From contig OY970362.1 in NCBI GenBank assembly GCA_963718625.1, positions 975,845-1,039,844 of the forward strand: DNA of 64,000 nt, written 5' to 3'. This document shows positions 54,055 through 63,184 of this stretch, one piece after another. Position 1 is the first letter of the stretch; each line of letters opens with the position of its first letter. Made by a program: the position numbers and the translations under genes. The stretch comes from an uncultured Solirubrobacterales bacterium (GTDB lineage Bacteria > Actinomycetota > Thermoleophilia > Solirubrobacterales > Solirubrobacteraceae). A model generated the notes under the pieces. That model made no database searches. It worked only from the letters and a program-made list of their open reading frames with translations, and was not told the origin of the DNA.

Positions 54055-54128
54055 GCCCCCGTAGCTCAGCTGGATAGAGCATCGGACTTCTAATCCGAGG
54101 GTCGCAGGTTCGAGTCCTGCCGGGGGCG
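54055..54128 (+). tRNA. tRNA-Arg (anticodon TCT)
   Basis: GCCCCCG/CGGGGGC acceptor. GCTCAGCTGGATAGAGC D-arm. Anticodon loop CTTCTAA. T-arm GCAGG-TTCGAGT-CCTGC. Confidence 0.9.
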
Positions 54129-54207
54129 TCTGCACGTCGCCGAGGCCACTGCCGGGCGTCCCTCGCGGACAGGTGCCGTCCGGAACGGATGATGTGCTTG
54201 AAATCAG

Positions 54208-54897
54208 ATGTCGGCCGCCGTCTCGTCTGACGCCAGCGCGCGCGCCGCTCGCGTGCGCGAGCGCTACGGCCTGCTGCTGATCGCGATCCTCCTGTCTTTC
54301 TGGGTTCAGGGCGTGGCGCCTCCCGGGAGGTGGGAGCAGCTGTTCGTGAGCACGCTGCTGGGGGTCACGCTGCTGCTCGCTCTGCTGGCGGCGGAAACCA
54401 AGCCGCGCGTGATGCGCGCCGCCGCGGTCGTCGTGCTGATCGTGATCGTCGCCGCCCTGATCGAGGCGCTCGAAGGCACGGTCAACGGCGGCGCGATCCG
54501 CGTGTCGAATGCGCTGCTCGTGGCGCTGGCCCCGCCCGCGGTCATCGTCGGCGTCCTGCGCAGCCTGCGCACCAAGCAGGCGGTCACGATGGAGGCCGTT
54601 TTCGGCGTGCTCTGCGTTTACATCCTCGTGGGCATGTTCTTCGCCTTCATCTACGGCTCGATCGATCGCCTCGGAGGCAACCCGTTCTTCGCCGGCGGGC
54701 AGGCCGCGACCGTCGCGCAGTGCCTGTATTTCAGCTTCACCTGCCTGACGACGATCGGTTTCGGAGACTTTACGGCGCGCACCGACCTCGGTCACACACT
54801 GTCGGTCTTCGAGGGGCTCCTCGGGCAGATCTACCTCGTGACGGTCGTCTCGCTGATCGTCGCGAACCTCGGCCGCGGACGACCGGTCGCGCGCTGA
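54208..54897 (+). CDS. two-TM-type potassium channel family protein
   Basis: Selectivity filter LTTIGFGDFT preceded by a pore helix. Several TM segments. Confidence 0.85.
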   Translation: MSAAVSSDASARAARVRERYGLLLIAILLSFWVQGVAPPGRWEQLFVSTLLGVTLLLALLAAETKPRVMRAAAVVVLIVIVAALIEALEGTVNGGAIRVSNALLVALAPPAVIVGVLRSLRTKQAVTMEAVFGVLCVYILVGMFFAFIYGSIDRLGGNPFFAGGQAATVAQCLYFSFTCLTTIGFGDFTARTDLGHTLSVFEGLLGQIYLVTVVSLIVANLGRGRPVAR

Positions 54898-55254
54898 GGG
54901 CGCCGGCGGCGACGCGTCTGCGTCCGGCTCGCCGGTACGCCCGCGCGCTGGGCCGGCTCGTGCGCGCCGTTGCCAGACCGCGGCCCAGGGTCTATCGTGG
55001 GCGTCCCGGTCGGCTGATCGCGTGGCCCGGAGATCGTCCGCGCGTGGCAAGCCGGCCTCAAACTCAAAACGGAGCCTCTTCTGAGCCTCGTCAACTCCCT
55101 GTCCCGCGCCGGACTGCAGCTGGCGCTGACCCCGCTGAGAGGGGCGACCGCCGCCGTCGAGGGGGCCGTCGCGGCCGAGCGACACGCGCGCACGGCGCTG
55201 CGGAGCACGGGTGAGCGGCTCGCGCTGAACGGACTGGACGCGGCGATCGCGAGG

Positions 55255-55704
55255 GTGCTGGCGGGCGACGCGGTGGAGCGCGTGCTCGAACACGTCGAGA
55301 CCACGCGGCTGGCGCAGCGCGTGACCGAACGCATCCTGGAGGACGGGATCGCCGAGCAGGTCGCGCAGGGAGCGATCGCCGGCCCTGAGCTCGAACGGGT
55401 GGTCGCCACGGCGCTCGAGAGCCGGCTGCCCGAAGCCGTCGTCGCACACCTGCTCGAAAGCCAGGCGCTGTGGGTGCTCGTCGACGAGATCGCGCGCAGC
55501 CCCTCGGTGACGGAGGCGATCGCCCACCAGGGCAGCGGCTTCGTCGAGCAGGTCGCCGGCGTGGCGCGCGATCGCTCGCGCGATGCGGACGCATGGGTCG
55601 AGCAGGTTGCGCATCGTGTCGCCCACCGTCGCAGGTCGCCCGCGGCGCGCGAGGGCGTCGATGCCCGCCCGCCCGGCCCTCTCGCGGGTGGCGATAGGCG
55701 GTGA
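55255..55704 (+). CDS. hypothetical protein upstream of, and coupled to, the RDD gene. The true start may be a CTG at 55081
   Basis: Helical, Ala/Glu/Val-rich. Its stop overlaps the RDD GTG start (GTGA at 55701-55704). The frame is open from 55018 with protein-like sequence, and GGAG sits 6 nt before the CTG at 55081. Confidence 0.5.
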   Translation: MLAGDAVERVLEHVETTRLAQRVTERILEDGIAEQVAQGAIAGPELERVVATALESRLPEAVVAHLLESQALWVLVDEIARSPSVTEAIAHQGSGFVEQVAGVARDRSRDADAWVEQVAHRVAHRRRSPAAREGVDARPPGPLAGGDRR

Positions 55705-56309
55705 GCGCACCGTCGCGCGGGGCGCGCCCCGCCGGAGACCAGTTGACGCAAGCCCACGCCGCCGCTGCACAGGCGGCGGCCCTCCGACGCGCGCGCGGCG
55801 TGAGCGCAGTGCTGCCCGCGGACGGTGCGGCGCTCATCGCGCGGCCCCACGCAGGCCTCGTCACCCGGGCGGTCGCCTTCGCGATCGACGCGGCGATTGT
55901 CAACGGTGTGGCTGCGCTCGTCGGCGTCACGATCGGCCTCGCGCTTTCGATCCTGCACTTGCCCTCCCAGGTCGACGCCGCGGTGGCCGCGATCGCGGGC
56001 GCCTGCTGGGTGATCTGGTCGGTCTCCTACTTCACCTTCTTCTGGTCGACGACCGGCCAGACGCCCGGTGACCGCGTGATGGGAATCCGCGTCATAGACG
56101 GCCGCGGCCGCGGCCCGATCAAGCCCCTGCGAGCGGCGGTGCGCTTCGGCGCCCTGATCCTCGCGGCGATTCCCCTGCTGGCCGGGTTTCTGATCATGCT
56201 CTGGGATGACCGCAGGCGCTGTCTGCAGGACCGGGTCGCCCGCACAGTGGTGGTGTACGTGCCGACGACGGCGCCCCCCGTCTCGCCAGGAGGCCCGGCT
56301 TCCGCCTGA
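55701..56309 (+). CDS. RDD-family membrane protein
   Basis: GLVTRAVAFAIDAAIV...TPGDRVMGIRVID...LQDRVARTVVV pattern. Confidence 0.75.
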   Translation: MSAPSRGARPAGDQLTQAHAAAAQAAALRRARGVSAVLPADGAALIARPHAGLVTRAVAFAIDAAIVNGVAALVGVTIGLALSILHLPSQVDAAVAAIAGACWVIWSVSYFTFFWSTTGQTPGDRVMGIRVIDGRGRGPIKPLRAAVRFGALILAAIPLLAGFLIMLWDDRRRCLQDRVARTVVVYVPTTAPPVSPGGPASA

Positions 56310-56407
56310 CTGGCAACGCTGCAGTGATCCTCGGCCGGCCAGCCCGGCGGATGCCTTTAACTGTTGCCTCAGAGTCGCACAGACGCGCTTGTCGTCGACC
56401 GCACGCG

Positions 56408-57847
56408 ATGAGATGCTTGATGGCAATGTCGAGCTCTCCGGGAGTGGCCGTAGCGCGACCTCGCCATCGAATAGCCGTGCCGGTCGCGTTCACGCTGGCG
56501 GTGGTGATCGGGTTCTTCGCCTGCTTCGCCGTCTGGGTGAACCGGCAGGCCCTGAACACTGAAAACTGGACGAAGACGAGCGTGCAGCTGCTGGCAAACC
56601 AGCAGATCAACGAAGCGCTCAGCATCTATCTCGTCAACCAGCTGTTCAGCTCGGTTGACGTCGAACAGGAACTGAAGACGGCGCTGCCAAAAGAAGTCGC
56701 GGGCCTGGCAGGGCCCGCGGCCTCCGGGCTTCGTCTGGTGGCCAACCGGCTCGTGCCTCCGCTGCTCGGCACCTCGCAGGTGCAGGAAGCCTGGCGACGC
56801 GCCAACCAGACCGCGCACCGCCAGCTGCTCGCGATCCTCAACGGCGGCGGCAGCGTCGTCTCGACCAGGTCGGGCGAGGTCTCGCTGAACCTGCACGAAC
56901 TCGTCGACAAGCTAGCCAGCCAGCTGGGCGTTCAAAGTCAGGTCGCCAGCGTGCGCGAAAAGCTCCAGGGATCAACCGGAGAACAGGTTCGCTCCGCCGC
57001 CAAGCAGAGGCTCGGCGTCAACCTGCCGGCTGCAAGCGGCCAGCTCGTGATCATGCGGGCCAAGCAGCTTCGCACCGCGCAGGACATCGCCAAAGCGATC
57101 CGCGGGCTGGCGATCGTGCTGCCGCTGCTCAGCGTGCTGCTGTTCGCGCTCGCGGTGTGGCTGTCGGAGGGCAGGCGGCGCGTGGCGCTGCGGACCGCCG
57201 GCTGGTGCATCTTCGGCATCGGGATCCTGCTACTGTTCGCGCGCCGGATCGCCGGCGACGCGATCGTCAACAACCTCGTCACGGCGCCGTCGAACCGCCC
57301 GGCGGCCCACGCCGTGTGGTCGATCGGCACGTCGCTGCTCTACGACCTGGCCCTTGCGATGGTCGTCTACGGACTGGTGTTCGTCGCCGTCGCATGGCTT
57401 GCGGGACGAACCCGCCCGGCGACATTCGCGCGCCGCGCGCTCGCGCCGCCGCTGCGCGAGCACCTCGTCGGCGCTTACGCGACGGCGGGCGTGATCCTGT
57501 TGCTGATCGTGCTCTGGGGGCCGACGCCGGCCACCCGAGAGGTCCTCCCGGTGCTCGGCTTGGCGGCGCTCGGTGGGCTCGGCATCCGGCTGCTCGCCCG
57601 TCAGACGGCGCGGGAGTTCCCCGACGCGCGGTCGGGCGAAGCGATCGCCGAGATACGCGGCTGGTTTTCCGCCATGCGCGGCCGGCATACCACGGGCGCC
57701 GGCACTAGCGGTGGCGGGGGGAGCGCCGGCGGGGTCGACGGACAGCGGCTGGAGGCGCTCGAGCGGTTGACGTCGCTGCACGAGCGAGGCGCGCTGACCG
57801 ACGCCGAGTTCGCGGCCGAGAAGGGACTCGTGCTCGGACGGGGCTAG
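56408..57847 (+). CDS. polytopic membrane protein with C-terminal SHOCT domain
   Basis: C-terminus RLEALERLTSLHERGALTDAEFAAEKGLVLG. N-terminal TM plus a large loop. The start is uncertain (the ORF opens at 56324). Confidence 0.7.
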   Translation: MRCLMAMSSSPGVAVARPRHRIAVPVAFTLAVVIGFFACFAVWVNRQALNTENWTKTSVQLLANQQINEALSIYLVNQLFSSVDVEQELKTALPKEVAGLAGPAASGLRLVANRLVPPLLGTSQVQEAWRRANQTAHRQLLAILNGGGSVVSTRSGEVSLNLHELVDKLASQLGVQSQVASVREKLQGSTGEQVRSAAKQRLGVNLPAASGQLVIMRAKQLRTAQDIAKAIRGLAIVLPLLSVLLFALAVWLSEGRRRVALRTAGWCIFGIGILLLFARRIAGDAIVNNLVTAPSNRPAAHAVWSIGTSLLYDLALAMVVYGLVFVAVAWLAGRTRPATFARRALAPPLREHLVGAYATAGVILLLIVLWGPTPATREVLPVLGLAALGGLGIRLLARQTAREFPDARSGEAIAEIRGWFSAMRGRHTTGAGTSGGGGSAGGVDGQRLEALERLTSLHERGALTDAEFAAEKGLVLGRG

Positions 57848-57883
57848 CGAGGATCGCTGCGGCGCAGCGCGCCGACCTCTAGG

Positions 57884-58582
57884 GTGACCGCTGTCGATGG
57901 GAGCCCGTGGATGACATCGGTCACGGTCGAGCTCGTCCTGGTGACGCTCGGCGCGATGCTCTCGCCCACGACCCTGTCGTTCACCGTGCTCGCGCTCGTC
58001 CTCGGCGAGCGTCCGCTGCGCACGGGCTGCTGGTTCTACGTCGGTGCGCTGGGTGTGACGCTCGCGGTCGGCGTCCTGGCCGCGTTCGTGGTCGGAGACG
58101 TCGCCGCCTCGCCCAACTCCAGCACGCCCAAGACGTGGGTCGCGGTGGTCGACGTCGCGGCGGGAGCGGCCGTGCTCGCGTTGGTCGCGCGCGCCGCACG
58201 GCGCCCGCCCGACCCGGGCCGCGCCGAGCGGATGATCGAGCAGATGAGCGGGATAGCGTCCTCGCCGGCGATCGCGATCGCCGCCGCGGGTGCGACGCTC
58301 GCCAACCCGGGCGGGTTCATCCCGTTGGCGCTGAAGGAGATCTCCCAGCTGGATCCGAACACGCTTCAGTACATCGCGCTATGGGTCGCGTTTGCGGTCC
58401 TGTCGCTACTGCCGCTCGCGGTCGCGCTCGTGATGCTCGCCATTTCGCCAGAGCGCGCTCAGCGGATGCTCACACGCGCGCGGGGCTGGCTCGAACGCCA
58501 CGCGATGACGATCGCCGGTGTGCTCCTGGTGCTGCTCGCCGCCGTGCTGCTGCGCAATGGGATCGCCGGACTTACGAGCTAG
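57884..58582 (+). CDS. GAP/LysE-like small-molecule exporter-type membrane protein (hypothetical)
   Basis: Six hydrophobic segments. 232-aa ORF. Confidence 0.6.
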   Translation: MTAVDGSPWMTSVTVELVLVTLGAMLSPTTLSFTVLALVLGERPLRTGCWFYVGALGVTLAVGVLAAFVVGDVAASPNSSTPKTWVAVVDVAAGAAVLALVARAARRPPDPGRAERMIEQMSGIASSPAIAIAAAGATLANPGGFIPLALKEISQLDPNTLQYIALWVAFAVLSLLPLAVALVMLAISPERAQRMLTRARGWLERHAMTIAGVLLVLLAAVLLRNGIAGLTS

Positions 58583-58670
58583 TCGTCGTCGAGCCGATCA
58601 GGGGGATCGCAGCCAGCCCGGCGTCCCGCAGCTGCAATGACCGGTACGCTGCGATCGACTGTCGAAGACG

Positions 58671-60332
58671 ATGAGCGCCAGGACGTATGACCCGAGGCTG
58701 CTTCGCTACGCCCCCGCGACCCGGTCGCTCGTCGCCGTCACGGTCGTGCTCGGCACACTCGCGGCGATTGCGCTCGTCGCGCAGGCCTGGCTGCTTGCCG
58801 ATGTGATCTGGAGCGCCCTGGATGCGGGCAAGGGCCTGTCGCAGCTGCAGGCTCCCCTCGAGGCCCTCCTGTTCGTCGTCGCCGCCCGCGCCGCGATCAC
58901 CTGGTTGTCGCAGGTGGCGGCGAGCCGGACCGCGACGCGGGCCAAGTCGCAGTTGCGCGCCGCGCTGCTCGGACGGGCAGCCGTGACCGGACCCGACGGC
59001 CTCGTGCGCGAGCGCAGCGGTGAGCTCGCCACGCTCGCGACCCGCGGCATCGACGCGCTGGACGCCTACTACGCGCTGTACCTCCCGCAGCTGTGCCTGG
59101 TGGCGATCGTGCCGGTCGTCGTGCTTGGGGCGATCGCGTCTGCCGATTGGATCTCGGCCGCGATCATCGCGGTGACTCTGCCGCTGATCCCGCTGTTCAT
59201 GGCGCTCGTCGGCGCGAGCACCCGGCAGCGCATGGACGATCAGTTTCGCCTTCTGCAGCGGCTCGGCGGTCACTTTCTTGACGTCGTGACCGGCCTGGGG
59301 ACGCTCAAGGTGTTCGGCCGGGCGAAGGCCCAGATCGGATCCGTCGGGGCGATCACCGAGCGCTACCGGCACGCGACGATGGCGACGTTGCGGATCTCGT
59401 TCCTGTCCTCGCTCGTGCTCGAGCTGGTGGCGACGATCTCGGTGGCGATCGTGGCGGTCGCCGTCGGCCTGCGACTGATGGGGGGCCAGCTCGACCTGCG
59501 CACCGCCCTTTTCGTGCTCGTGCTCGCACCCGAGGCCTACCTGCCGCTGCGACTGCTCGGGGCCAACTACCACGCGAGCGTCGAGGGGATGAGCGCGGCG
59601 CAGCAGGTGTTCGAGCTGCTGGAGCGCCCGCTGCCGATCGGCGGCAGCCGCACCGACATCCCCGACCCCGCGCTGGTCGGGCTGTCGGTACGTGCGCTGA
59701 CCGTGGTCCGCGCCGGCCGCGCGCGTCCGGTGCTCGACAGGCTCTCGCTGACGGTCGAGCCGGGGGAGGTGATGGCCGTGACCGGTCCAAGCGGCTGTGG
59801 CAAGTCGACGCTCCTCGGCGTTCTGCTCGGACTCCTCGCGCCGCGCGGGGGATCTGTGTGCGTCGGGGATATCGCGCTCGCGGAGCTCGACGTCGCGGCA
59901 TGGCGTGCGAAGCTTGCCTGGGTGCCCCAGCGCCCGCACCTGTTCGCGGCCTCGATCGCCGACAACGTCCTTCTCGGGCGCGCGGACGCGTCCGCGCAGG
60001 AGCTCTCCGCGGCGATCGCGGCGGCCGGTCTCACAGGTGTCGTCGACCGCCTGCCCGCGGGTCTTCAGACGCCGCTCGGGAGCGGCGGCGTCGTGCTCTC
60101 CGCCGGCGAGCGCCAGCGGGTCTCGCTCGCGCGTGCGTTCGTGCGCGATGCACCGCTGCTGCTGCTGGATGAGCCGACCGCCGCCCTGGACGGCGAGACG
60201 GAGGAGGAAGTGCTCGACGCCGTGCGCCGGATCGCGCGCGGTCGGACGACGATCATCGCTGCTCACCGGCCGGCGCTGATTGCGCTGGCCGATAACGTCG
60301 TCGCGCTCGACCGCTCGGCGGTGGCGGTGTGA
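58671..60332 (+). CDS. cydD: thiol reductant ABC exporter subunit CydD
   Basis: TMD plus NBD. Walker A GPSGCGKST, signature LSAGERQR, Walker B LLLLDEPT. Followed by cydC with a 4-nt overlap. Confidence 0.85.
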   Translation: MSARTYDPRLLRYAPATRSLVAVTVVLGTLAAIALVAQAWLLADVIWSALDAGKGLSQLQAPLEALLFVVAARAAITWLSQVAASRTATRAKSQLRAALLGRAAVTGPDGLVRERSGELATLATRGIDALDAYYALYLPQLCLVAIVPVVVLGAIASADWISAAIIAVTLPLIPLFMALVGASTRQRMDDQFRLLQRLGGHFLDVVTGLGTLKVFGRAKAQIGSVGAITERYRHATMATLRISFLSSLVLELVATISVAIVAVAVGLRLMGGQLDLRTALFVLVLAPEAYLPLRLLGANYHASVEGMSAAQQVFELLERPLPIGGSRTDIPDPALVGLSVRALTVVRAGRARPVLDRLSLTVEPGEVMAVTGPSGCGKSTLLGVLLGLLAPRGGSVCVGDIALAELDVAAWRAKLAWVPQRPHLFAASIADNVLLGRADASAQELSAAIAAAGLTGVVDRLPAGLQTPLGSGGVVLSAGERQRVSLARAFVRDAPLLLLDEPTAALDGETEEEVLDAVRRIARGRTTIIAAHRPALIALADNVVALDRSAVAV

Positions 60333-62143
60333 GCGCTGTGTCCGCCCCGACTACCACAGACTCGCAGCGGCGCGGGGGCACGCGCGCGCCGCTCGTGCGC
60401 ACTCTGCGCCTCGCCCGCCCGGCGGCGGGGCGCCTCGTGCTCGCCACGCTGCTCGGCGCGGCTGCAATCGGCGCCGGGATCGGTCTGATCGCCACCTCGG
60501 CCTGGTTGATATCGCGGGCCTCGGAGCGCCCCCAGGAGTCGGCGCTCGCGCTGGCGATCGTCGGGGTGCAGTTCTTCGCGCTCTCCCGCGGCCTGTCTCG
60601 CTACGGCGAGCGGCTCGCGGGCCACGACGCCGCCTTTCGCCTGCTCGCCGATCTGCGCGTGAGCGTCTATCGCAGCCTGGAGCGCCTCGCGCCGGCGGGC
60701 CTGCCGGCGTTCGCGCGGGGCGACCTGCTTGCGCGCTTGGTGGACGACGTGGACTCACTCCAGGACCTGCTGTTGCGCGTCGTTCCGCCGTTCGCGATCG
60801 CGGCGATCGTCGGCTTTTCGACCGTCACCGTCGTCTGGCTGATGCTCCCCACGGCGGGACTGATCCTGCTCGCCGCGCTGATGCTCGCGGCCGTTCCGCT
60901 GCCGTGGCTGACGGGGCGTCTGGCACGCCGGCGCGAGTCGCGCCAGGCGAATGCGCGGGGAGCGCTCAGCGAGCGTGTGGTGGACCTGATGCTGGGTGCC
61001 CCCGAGCTCGCGGTCAATGGCGCGCTCGACGCTCAGCTGATGCGCGCCGCCGAGGCCGACGCGGCGCTCAAGCGGGTGGCACTGGCGACCGCCCGCACCG
61101 CCGGCGTGGGTCAGGGTCTGACGACCCTTCTCTGCGGTCTGGCGATGTGGGGAGCACTGCTCGTCGGCGTCTCGGCCGTGCGCTCAGGTGAGCTCGCGGG
61201 GGTGCTGCTCGCCGTGATCGCGCTGGTGCCGTTGGCGGCGTTTGAGCTGGTCAGCGGCCTGCCGACCGCCACCCAGACGCTCGCCCGGGTGCGCGAGTCC
61301 GCAGCGCGCGTGTTCGAGGTATGCGACGCGCAGCCGCCGGTGCTCGAGCCGGCCCAGCCGGTCGCTGTGCCCGCGCCTCCCTACAGCCTCAGCGTCCGCC
61401 GGGTAGCTGCGAGGTACTCCGCGCGGGGCCCGTGGGCGCTCGATGGGGTCGATCTCGAGCTCGCGCCCGGCCGACGGGTGGCGATCGTAGGCGCCAGCGG
61501 CGCGGGCAAGTCGACGCTCGCGGCGGTGCTGCTGGGGTTCCTCCCCTACCAGCAGGGCACGGTGACGCTGAACGGGGTCGCGATCTCAGAGCTGCGCGGC
61601 GACGACTACCGCCGGGTCGTCGGCACCGTCGCCCAGGACGCCCACATCTTCGACACCACGCTGCGCGAGAACCTGCTGCTCGCGCGGCGCACCGCGACCG
61701 ACGAGGAGCTGGATGCCGCGCTCGCCCGGGTCTCGCTGCTCGACTGGGCGACGACGCTAGCCGGCGGGCTCGACACAGAGGTCGGCGAGCTCGGCGCGCG
61801 ACTGTCCGGTGGGCAGCGCCAGCGGCTGGCGATCGCGCGCGCGCTGCTCGCGGACTTCCCCGTGCTCGTCCTCGACGAGCCCGGCGAGCACCTGGACACG
61901 GCTACCGCGGATGCGATCGTGGCGGACCTGCTCGAGGTCACCGAGGGGTATGCGACGGTGCTGATCACGCACCGCCTGACCGGTTTGGATGCCGTCGACG
62001 AGGTGCTCGTGCTCGACGCGGGGCGGGTGCTCGAACGTGGCACGCACGCAGAGCTGAGGCGAAGCGGCGGGCGCTATGGCGCGCTGTGCGAGCGCGAGGA
62101 CCGTGCACGGCGCCGGCCGGACGACGTCGAGGTGTCCAGCTAG
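60329..62143 (+). CDS. cydC: thiol reductant ABC exporter subunit CydC
   Basis: Walker A GASGAGKST, signature LSGGQRQR, Walker B VLVLDEPG. Confidence 0.85.
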   Translation: MSAVSAPTTTDSQRRGGTRAPLVRTLRLARPAAGRLVLATLLGAAAIGAGIGLIATSAWLISRASERPQESALALAIVGVQFFALSRGLSRYGERLAGHDAAFRLLADLRVSVYRSLERLAPAGLPAFARGDLLARLVDDVDSLQDLLLRVVPPFAIAAIVGFSTVTVVWLMLPTAGLILLAALMLAAVPLPWLTGRLARRRESRQANARGALSERVVDLMLGAPELAVNGALDAQLMRAAEADAALKRVALATARTAGVGQGLTTLLCGLAMWGALLVGVSAVRSGELAGVLLAVIALVPLAAFELVSGLPTATQTLARVRESAARVFEVCDAQPPVLEPAQPVAVPAPPYSLSVRRVAARYSARGPWALDGVDLELAPGRRVAIVGASGAGKSTLAAVLLGFLPYQQGTVTLNGVAISELRGDDYRRVVGTVAQDAHIFDTTLRENLLLARRTATDEELDAALARVSLLDWATTLAGGLDTEVGELGARLSGGQRQRLAIARALLADFPVLVLDEPGEHLDTATADAIVADLLEVTEGYATVLITHRLTGLDAVDEVLVLDAGRVLERGTHAELRRSGGRYGALCEREDRARRRPDDVEVSS

Positions 62144-63177
62144 GCCTGGGGCGCGGCCGCCCCTACTGCGGGCGGTCCATCCGCCGGCGCCGCCGGGGTC
62201 CTGACCCGAGCGCGGAAGACGTGGAACGACCAGCCCTGATAGAGCAGGACGAGCGGGAAGAAGATCACCGCCACGACCGTCATGACGGTCAGCGCGTAGT
62301 GCCCGGACGCCGAGTTGTTGACCGTCAGGTTGTATGCGGCGTTTGTGCTTGAGACCATCACGTTCGGATACAGGTCGATGAAGATCGAGCCGACCGTCGA
62401 GGCGATCGCGACCGCGGAGGCCGTGAATGCCCAGCCGTCGTGGTCGGTCGTCGCCAGCCTCGCGGCGAAGACCGCAGCGATCACGGCCAGGACCTCGACG
62501 GGCTGGGGCACGTCGGCACCGCCCGCGACTTTGCGCGTCCAGACCACCCAGCCGACGACCAGGGCGATCGCCGCCCAACCAAGCGGCCGCGCGGCTGCGC
62601 GTGCGCGCTCGCGCAGGACGTCGGTTGTTCGGAGCTTCAGGAAGGTAGCGCCGTGAAGCAGGCACAAGGCGAGCACGGTCACGCCGGTCCACAGCCCATA
62701 CCCCGTGAGCAGATCAAAGAAGTTGCCCGTGAACTCGTGACTCGAGTTGATCGGCAGGCCGTTGAGTAGATCGCCGAGCCCGATGCCCAGCAGCAGCGGG
62801 ATCAAGAGGCTGCCGAGCGTGGTGCACCAGGTCCACGTCGTGCGCCAGCGCTGATCCTCGCTTTTGCGTTTGTACTCCAAGGACACTCCACGTGCCATCA
62901 ACGCCGCCAACACGATCAGCACGGCGAGGTACAGCGCCGAGAACATCGTCGCGTACCAGGCCGGAAACGCGGCGAACATGCCGGCCCCAGCGACGACCAG
63001 CCAGACCTCGTTGCCGTCCCACCACGGGCCGATCGTGTTCAGCGCCACCCGCCGCTCGGTGTCGGTCTTGCCGACGATCGTGTGCAGCACGCCGACGCCG
63101 AAGTCAAACCCCTCGAGCACGAAGAAGCCGACCCAGAAGATCGCGACGATCACGAACCAGATGGTGTGCAGCTCCAT
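62140..63177 (-). CDS. cydB: cytochrome bd ubiquinol oxidase subunit II
   Basis: MELHTIWFVIVAIFWVGFFVLEGFDFGVG...GPWWDGNEVWLV signature N-terminus. Confidence 0.9.
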   Translation of the reverse strand: MELHTIWFVIVAIFWVGFFVLEGFDFGVGVLHTIVGKTDTERRVALNTIGPWWDGNEVWLVVAGAGMFAAFPAWYATMFSALYLAVLIVLAALMARGVSLEYKRKSEDQRWRTTWTWCTTLGSLLIPLLLGIGLGDLLNGLPINSSHEFTGNFFDLLTGYGLWTGVTVLALCLLHGATFLKLRTTDVLRERARAAARPLGWAAIALVVGWVVWTRKVAGGADVPQPVEVLAVIAAVFAARLATTDHDGWAFTASAVAIASTVGSIFIDLYPNVMVSSTNAAYNLTVNNSASGHYALTVMTVVAVIFFPLVLLYQGWSFHVFRARVRTPAAPADGPPAVGAAAPQA

Positions 63178-63184
63178 CGGTCCC

